From assembly GCA_026014495.1 (NCBI GenBank), contig JAOZIF010000047.1, forward strand, positions 1 through 11,453: 11,453 nucleotides of DNA. The letters run 5' to 3'. Below, piece after piece: positions 7,205-11,453 of this stretch. The DNA comes from Candidatus Bathyarchaeum sp. (GTDB lineage: Archaea; Thermoproteota; Bathyarchaeia; Bathyarchaeales; Bathyarchaeaceae). A program made the position numbers and the translations under genes. A model generated the notes under the pieces. That model saw only the letters and a program-made list of their open reading frames with translations. It did not search any database and was not told the origin of the DNA. Positions within the stretch are counted from its first letter, which is position 1. Every line of letters starts with the position of its first letter.

Positions 7205-7281
7205 GCCGCCGTAGCTCAGTTCGGTAGAGCAACGGGCTGTTAACTCGTAGGTCGAAGGTTCGAGTCCTTCCGGCGGCGCCA
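7205..7281 (+). tRNA. tRNA-Asn (GTT), intronless, CCA encoded
   Basis: Acceptor stem GCCGCCG/CGGCGGC, D-arm GCTC/GAGC, anticodon stem ACGGG/CTCGT with loop CTGTTAA (GTT at 7239-7241), T-arm GAAGG-TTCGAGT-CCTTC, discriminator G7278, CCA 7279-7281. Confidence 0.97.
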
Positions 7282-7428
7282 CTATGTTTCGTTTTCTTCT
7301 GTTGATTTTTCGGGTATTTTGCGTGGTCCAGCATCTTTTGGTTTTTTTAGTTCCAGTATGGATGGCAACAAGAGGATGGCTATGAATAGTGCTATGAATA
7401 TAATCAAAAATATTAACAGATTATGCAT
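7282..7428 (-). CDS. Small single-pass membrane protein (48 aa; not in the ORF track)
   Basis: Manual translation from ATG 7428 to TAG 7284-7282: MHNLLIFLIIFIALFIAILLLPSILELKKPKDAGPRKIPEKSTEENET. One clear TM helix followed by a charged, Pro-containing tail. Confidence 0.7.
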   Translation of the reverse strand: MHNLLIFLIIFIALFIAILLLPSILELKKPKDAGPRKIPEKSTEENET

Positions 7429-7513
7429 CGACGTTAAATTTGCGAACAATGTGTGCTTGTTTTATTACATGGATGAACATATAATGCTTTCTAACAGTCA
7501 ACTGTTTCGTAAT

Positions 7514-7734
7514 TGTGCTTGATTTTTCTTGGAAAAGCATCTTCTAAACGCATTCTGCTTGTGTATATTCATGGGCTTGTGAACTTTTGGATGCAAATGT
7601 GTGCTGTGCTTAATTTTTCAGAAAAAAAGTTAGTTTTCAACAATGTACTGCTATTTGTATCCTAATATGCCGCACAGAAGTGTGAATAACTTGGTTTTGT
7701 TTGGATTTTCAGAAAAAAAGCTGTTTTCAACAAT
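7514..7734. repeat. Degenerate three-unit non-coding direct repeat with 91-bp period
   Basis: TGTGCTTGATTTTTC (7514-7528) vs TGTGCTTAATTTTTC (7605-7619), 14/15 identical. TTTTCAGAAAAAAAG-TTA-GTTTTCAACAAT (7615-7644) vs TTTTCAGAAAAAAAG-CT-GTTTTCAACAAT (7706-7734). The TTTTC anchor sits at 7524, 7615 and 7706. Confidence 0.75.
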
Positions 7735-7769
7735 TACCTAAAATATTAGTTTCTTAATCTGCACTTTTG

Positions 7770-8564
7770 TTATTTTATAAGCCTTTTTTTCATCAGGTTT
7801 ATGGCTAGGACAAAGAAGATTGGTGTTATTATCAGCATCCATGCTATGTTAAATAGTATTGACATTTGGATGTTGCCCAGTGCTAGGGCTCGGGTTACTG
7901 TCACGGCGTTTGCAAGTGGGAAAAAAATTTGGGTGACTATTTGCAGGACTTCTGGCATTGATGCTAGGGGGAAGAATGTTCCGCTTAACAGAAGCATGGG
8001 TGTTATGTAGAGAAATCCTGGGTAGTTGAAGGCGTCAATGTTTGGGGATATGGCTGTGAAACACATGCCCATTGCTGAGAACAGCAGTCCCACAAGGAAT
8101 GATACTGGAAGAATTAGCAAAAACAGTGGAGACGAAACTAGACCCGCGGCAACTATGACCCCTAAAACTATTGATGAGTTGATGAGGCTTTTTGTTGCGC
8201 CCCACAGGATTTCGCCTGTTATGACTTCTTCTATTGTTATTGGTGTGGCTATTATGGCGTCAAAGGTTTTTTGGAAGTACATCCGCACAAACGTAGCGTA
8301 AGTGCACTCGTAAAACGAGGAATACATCATTGACACCGCAACCAAGGCAGGGGCAATAAAGTTGATGTATGGTTGCCCATCGATTGCCTCAACAAAGCCT
8401 CCAAGTCCAAGACCTAAAGCGACCAAATACAAAATAGGCTCTAGTAATGAAGGAAGAAAATTGGTTTTGTAGGTCTTCATGAAAACGTCCTTGTTTCGCA
8501 TCCAAACCTTCGAAACCCGGTAAGATATCTTGGGGACTCTGAAGAGTTCAGTTATTTTACTCAT
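7770..8564 (-). CDS. ABC-2 type exporter permease (NodJ-like)
   Basis: About six TM segments, EPILYLVALGLGLG, QKTFDAIIATP, ITPMLLLSGTFFPL. Starts 1 nt after the ATPase stop. Confidence 0.92.
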   Translation of the reverse strand: MSKITELFRVPKISYRVSKVWMRNKDVFMKTYKTNFLPSLLEPILYLVALGLGLGGFVEAIDGQPYINFIAPALVAVSMMYSSFYECTYATFVRMYFQKTFDAIIATPITIEEVITGEILWGATKSLINSSIVLGVIVAAGLVSSPLFLLILPVSFLVGLLFSAMGMCFTAISPNIDAFNYPGFLYITPMLLLSGTFFPLASMPEVLQIVTQIFFPLANAVTVTRALALGNIQMSILFNIAWMLIITPIFFVLAINLMKKRLIK

Positions 8565-8565
8565 C

Positions 8566-9486
8566 TTAATCCTTCAAGCTCCTTCCCGCCAATTTCAAGA
8601 AAACATCTTCAAGGTTGCTGTCTCTTATCAAAGCGCCTTTAAACGAAACCTTGTCAAGAACCTTCGCTAAAACTCCTCTAGGCTTATTGGCAAAAACTTG
8701 AATCTTGTCGCCAACAACATCTATTCGTGCATCCGGAAAATACTGCTTTAGACAGTGCATTGCTTCTTCACTAAAAAGAACCTCGAGAACCTCTTCGCCC
8801 ACATGAGCTCTAACCAAGTCTGCTGGTCTGCCTTTTTCAATAATTTTTCCATGATCCATAATAATTAACCTATCACAGAGCTGAGCCGCCTCATCCATGT
8901 AATGAGTAGTCAGTATAACAGTGACGCCCTGTTTTTGCAAGTTCCTAATTTTAGTCCAAATCAGATGCCGAGCCTGCGGATCCAAACCTGTTGTCGGCTC
9001 ATCCAAAATTAGTATCTGCGGCTCATTCATCAATGCTCTGGCAAGAATCAGTCTACGTCTCATGCCCCCAGAAAGAGAAGTTATTATCACATCCCTTTTC
9101 TCTTCTAATTGCATAAACCTGATTAGCTCTTCCGCTTTTGTTTTCGCCTTTTCTTTTGAAATATCAAAGTATCTGGCATAAACCATGAGATTCTGCAAAA
9201 CCGTGAAATCTGGATCAAGATTATCTTCTTGCGGAGCCACACCAACAATTGCCTTTATTTTTCTACCCTGCTCCGTAACATCCATTCCCGCCAAAGTTAG
9301 CGTGCCACCAGTTAATGGAGAAATGCTTTGAACCATCTTCATTGTTGTAGTTTTTCCAGCCCCGTTAGGTCCAAGAAAACCAAAGCTTTCACCTTTAAAG
9401 ATTTCAAAATCGATACTATCGACCGCAACTAGACCATTGAACTTTTTTGTCAGCTTTTCTGCTTTGACCAAAACATCTTGACTCAT
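8566..9486 (-). CDS. ABC exporter ATP-binding protein (NodI/DrrA-like)
   Basis: Walker A GPNGAGKTT, signature LSGGM, Walker B ILILDEPT, H-loop TTHYM, C-terminal LEDVFLKL. Confidence 0.95.
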   Translation of the reverse strand: MSQDVLVKAEKLTKKFNGLVAVDSIDFEIFKGESFGFLGPNGAGKTTTMKMVQSISPLTGGTLTLAGMDVTEQGRKIKAIVGVAPQEDNLDPDFTVLQNLMVYARYFDISKEKAKTKAEELIRFMQLEEKRDVIITSLSGGMRRRLILARALMNEPQILILDEPTTGLDPQARHLIWTKIRNLQKQGVTVILTTHYMDEAAQLCDRLIIMDHGKIIEKGRPADLVRAHVGEEVLEVLFSEEAMHCLKQYFPDARIDVVGDKIQVFANKPRGVLAKVLDKVSFKGALIRDSNLEDVFLKLAGRSLKD

Positions 9487-9547
9487 AAAACTGGTTCCTG
9501 TTTGATTCTTCTGTAATGTTAATGCTTTAGAATATACAACTGTTTCT

Positions 9548-9557
9548 TTTTATAAAA
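9548..9557. promoter_or_regulatory. Symmetric TATA box TTTTATAAAA, likely promoter of the ABC operon
   Basis: Palindromic TATA element about 60 nt upstream of ATG 9486. Confidence 0.45.
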
Positions 9558-9781
9558 TGTAAAAAGCGAAAAACACACCTGTTAAAACCCTTTGCCCGTT
9601 AAATGCAGGTTACAAAAAAGATAAAGTCCATTTTTGATCTGTTTGCTGGAACTCTGAAAACTGCATGTGGAAAAAAACTCTGCACATTACAATTGAACGT
9701 GAACAATCTCCAAAATCCTCTCGCTTATCACTTCATTAAAGGAAGAGAGGGTTTGCTGAGACTCCCCGCACGCGCGATTAA

Positions 9782-9860
9782 GAGGAGAAAAAAATGAAAA
9801 CCTAAAACAGCTACTATCGCTTTAGTTATTTTCATTTTCGTGCAGGGCATCCATTCAGCC
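9782..9860 (+). pseudogene. Possible relic 5' end of a secreted-protein gene (RBS plus frameshifted signal peptide)
   Basis: GAGGAG at 9782-9787 and ATG at 9794 give only MKT*. Removing one A from the A4 run at 9797-9800 gives MKPKTATIALVIFIFVQGIHSA. Confidence 0.35.
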
Positions 9861-9881
9861 CCAATCCTCCAATGCATTTTA

Positions 9882-9910
9882 CTCCCAAAAAAAGAAGGGA
9901 GGGAAAAAAT
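9882..9910 (-). terminator. Terminator of the surface-protein gene
   Basis: Minus strand after the stop reads TTTTTTCCCTCCCTTCTTTTTTTGGGAG: two T-tracts plus a short CTCCC/GGGAG stem. Confidence 0.6.
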
Positions 9911-9915
9911 TTGGT

Positions 9916-11453
9916 TTATTTTCGCTTTCGTAGTGTCCAGAATGCTGCTACACCAATAACAGCTGCTACTGCAACTGCTGCTATGATTGCTGCTTCTGTA
10001 GAAATCAAGGCTGTTTCTGCTGTTGGTTGTTCTGTGTCTGGTGTTTCAGTGTCTGGAGTCTCTGTGTCTGGTGTTTCTGTGTCTGGCGTTTCAGGTTCTT
10101 CAGGCTCTATAGGTGTTGAAGTTGATGTCGCAGGGTCAACAACGATGTATCCAGTGTCATATGATGGCCAGTATGAGTCAGATCCCGCGAAATAAGCTGT
10201 GACTTGGTAGTCGCCTTCAACTGGTGGAATCCAGCTTACACCAAAGTTGCCGTTAATGTCAGTTGTAGTTGTACCTATGTCCTGTGTATTACCGTTAGGA
10301 TCCATAGCAGTCAATATCACTGTAACTCCTTCTACGTCGATTGGCATTGGTTTTTGCATGTAAACGTATTCCATCCATCCTGTCATGCTGTCGTCAGAGA
10401 CTGTTGGCACGCCATTGGGGAATCGTCCTACTTGCTCTGTTTGCTCTGTTCCAGAGGCAGTATCAATCACAGATCCGCTTATGAGCACAGATGAGCCCAA
10501 AGAGACGCCAATATCTGGTGTACTAACTGTAGTTTGGCTTGGTCCTTTACCGACACAATAGATTTGGTTGTCGTAGTAGTTGTAGTAGACAAAGAATCCG
10601 TCTGCAAGTGCAGAAGTTGAAACTCCTCCACCACCGCTTTGGCCAACCCAAGATGTCAGTTTCCATATCTCATCGCCGGTGTAAGCGTCGACACATCGCA
10701 TTGCTTCGCCCTTGTATAGTGGATAGTTTGGTGAGTGTTCGTTGTTGAAGACGTAGACTTTGCCGTCAGCAATAGCAGCAATGAAAGATGGGTAGTTGCC
10801 CCAAGGTGTTTCAATGCCGCTGTTGGTCTCGTCGTAAACCCACTCTACTGTTCCGTCTGCGCAGTTGATGCAAGCGATTTCTCCACCATAGCTTTGGATG
10901 TAGATGTTGCCATAGGCCATAGTGCCTATCTGTCCAGCTCCATATCCACCACCATAGTATGAGAAGGCATTCTTAGTTGCGACAACTGGACCCCACACTA
11001 GGTCGCCAGTGTCTATGCTGTAGCCCCACCATTCAAAGGTCTCCAGATCATTCATGACAAACACACGATTCACGGTATCAATGTGCATTCCTCTTGTAGT
11101 TGTTCGGCTAACATCACCGTCAGGTGCTGGGTAGTCTTGGATCCACAAGAGTTCTCCTCTTGTTCCGTCATCTCTATCACTTATAGCCCACAGAGTATAT
11201 GGGTCGACAGTACCCAAACGCCCAAATGAACTGCTTGTGCCCAGTATTAGGTCGCCAGGGAGAACTTCAGTAATTGAAGCACTGGAACTTCCGGGTAGGT
11301 CAGGTATTGTTACGTTCCATGAGTATGCATTGCTCATGTCAACTTCGTCTCCGACAGGTCTCCATTGGTATGCACTGCTACCGGTTCCTAATGCTCCGTG
11401 TAGTCCTTGTTGTTCACAGGTGTTGTTCCACAAGGCCAACCAGTTGTTTTCTG
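9916..11453 (-). CDS. PQQ-binding-like beta-propeller cell-surface protein with Ig-like domain, acidic P/T linker and C-terminal TM anchor (5'-truncated by the window edge)
   Basis: The frame is open to the edge (...ENNWLALWNNT), so TTG 11439 is not the true start. Repeated blades (GELLW, TGDLVW, DGTVEW, TGDEIW, ADGKVY), Ig-like C-region, (TPDTE)4 linker, TM AAIIAAVAVAAVIGVAAFWTL and RKRK tail. Confidence 0.88.
   Translation of the reverse strand, partial: ENNWLALWNNTCEQQGLHGALGTGSSAYQWRPVGDEVDMSNAYSWNVTIPDLPGSSSASITEVLPGDLILGTSSSFGRLGTVDPYTLWAISDRDDGTRGELLWIQDYPAPDGDVSRTTTRGMHIDTVNRVFVMNDLETFEWWGYSIDTGDLVWGPVVATKNAFSYYGGGYGAGQIGTMAYGNIYIQSYGGEIACINCADGTVEWVYDETNSGIETPWGNYPSFIAAIADGKVYVFNNEHSPNYPLYKGEAMRCVDAYTGDEIWKLTSWVGQSGGGGVSTSALADGFFVYYNYYDNQIYCVGKGPSQTTVSTPDIGVSLGSSVLISGSVIDTASGTEQTEQVGRFPNGVPTVSDDSMTGWMEYVYMQKPMPIDVEGVTVILTAMDPNGNTQDIGTTTTDINGNFGVSWIPPVEGDYQVTAYFAGSDSYWPSYDTGYIVVDPATSTSTPIEPEEPETPDTETPDTETPDTETPDTEQPTAETALISTEAAIIAAVAVAAVIGVAAFWTLRKRK
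10031..10090 (-). repeat. Four tandem 15-bp coding repeats encoding (TPDTE)4
   Basis: Plus-strand units TCTGTGTCTGGTGTT, TCAGTGTCTGGAGTC, TCTGTGTCTGGTGTT, TCTGTGTCTGGCGTT. Confidence 0.95.

Noticed and set aside
7379-7400. GCTATGAATA repeated at 12-bp period
   Set aside because: It lies inside the 48-aa membrane ORF and is explained by the repeated codons of IFIA-LFIA.
7319-7522. Plus-strand 67-aa ORF after the tRNA
   Set aside because: It is the antisense shadow of the more protein-like minus-strand membrane ORF 7282..7428.
7514-7734. CRISPR array interpretation of the 30-bp repeats
   Set aside because: Only two good copies, a 61-nt spacer, similarity extending into the spacers, and no cas genes in the window.
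9603-9797. 64-aa plus-strand ORF (MQVTKK...)
   Set aside because: No RBS or recognisable features. It spans what looks like leader sequence, and its stop overlaps the better-signalled ATG 9794.
156-10962. Numerous antisense and alternate-frame ORFs inside metG, mtaB, the HAD gene, the ABC genes and the surface-protein gene
   Set aside because: They fully overlap well-supported genes, lack motifs and RBSs, and are explained by skewed codon usage.
7205-11453. tRNA-Asn as the attachment site of an integrated element
   Set aside because: No duplicated tRNA 3' fragment, integrase or mobile genes seen within the window. This cannot be excluded beyond the edge.

Overview
Compact archaeal chromosomal segment. 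The protein families and gene styles suggest Bathyarchaeia (inference; no database check possible). Core genes: a HAD-phosphatase/polyprenol-kinase fusion, MetRS (metG) followed by a PHP phosphoesterase, an archaeal MiaB-like methylthiotransferase, a SAMP/MoaD ubiquitin-like protein, tRNA-Asn(GTT), a NodI/NodJ-like ABC-2 exporter pair, and the 3' part of a membrane-anchored PQQ-like beta-propeller surface protein. Manual translation found two genes missing from the ORF track. One is a 51-aa CdrS-like ribbon-helix-helix regulator that overlaps an orphan acidic 63-aa ORF, with an 11-bp-period direct repeat at its likely promoter. The other is a 48-aa membrane microprotein whose stop codon directly abuts the tRNA CCA end. 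Also seen: a small secreted acidic peptide, a non-coding three-unit 91-bp-period repeat, a frameshifted signal-peptide relic, and kb-scale flips of strand compositional skew. No CRISPR array, integrase or transposase was seen.
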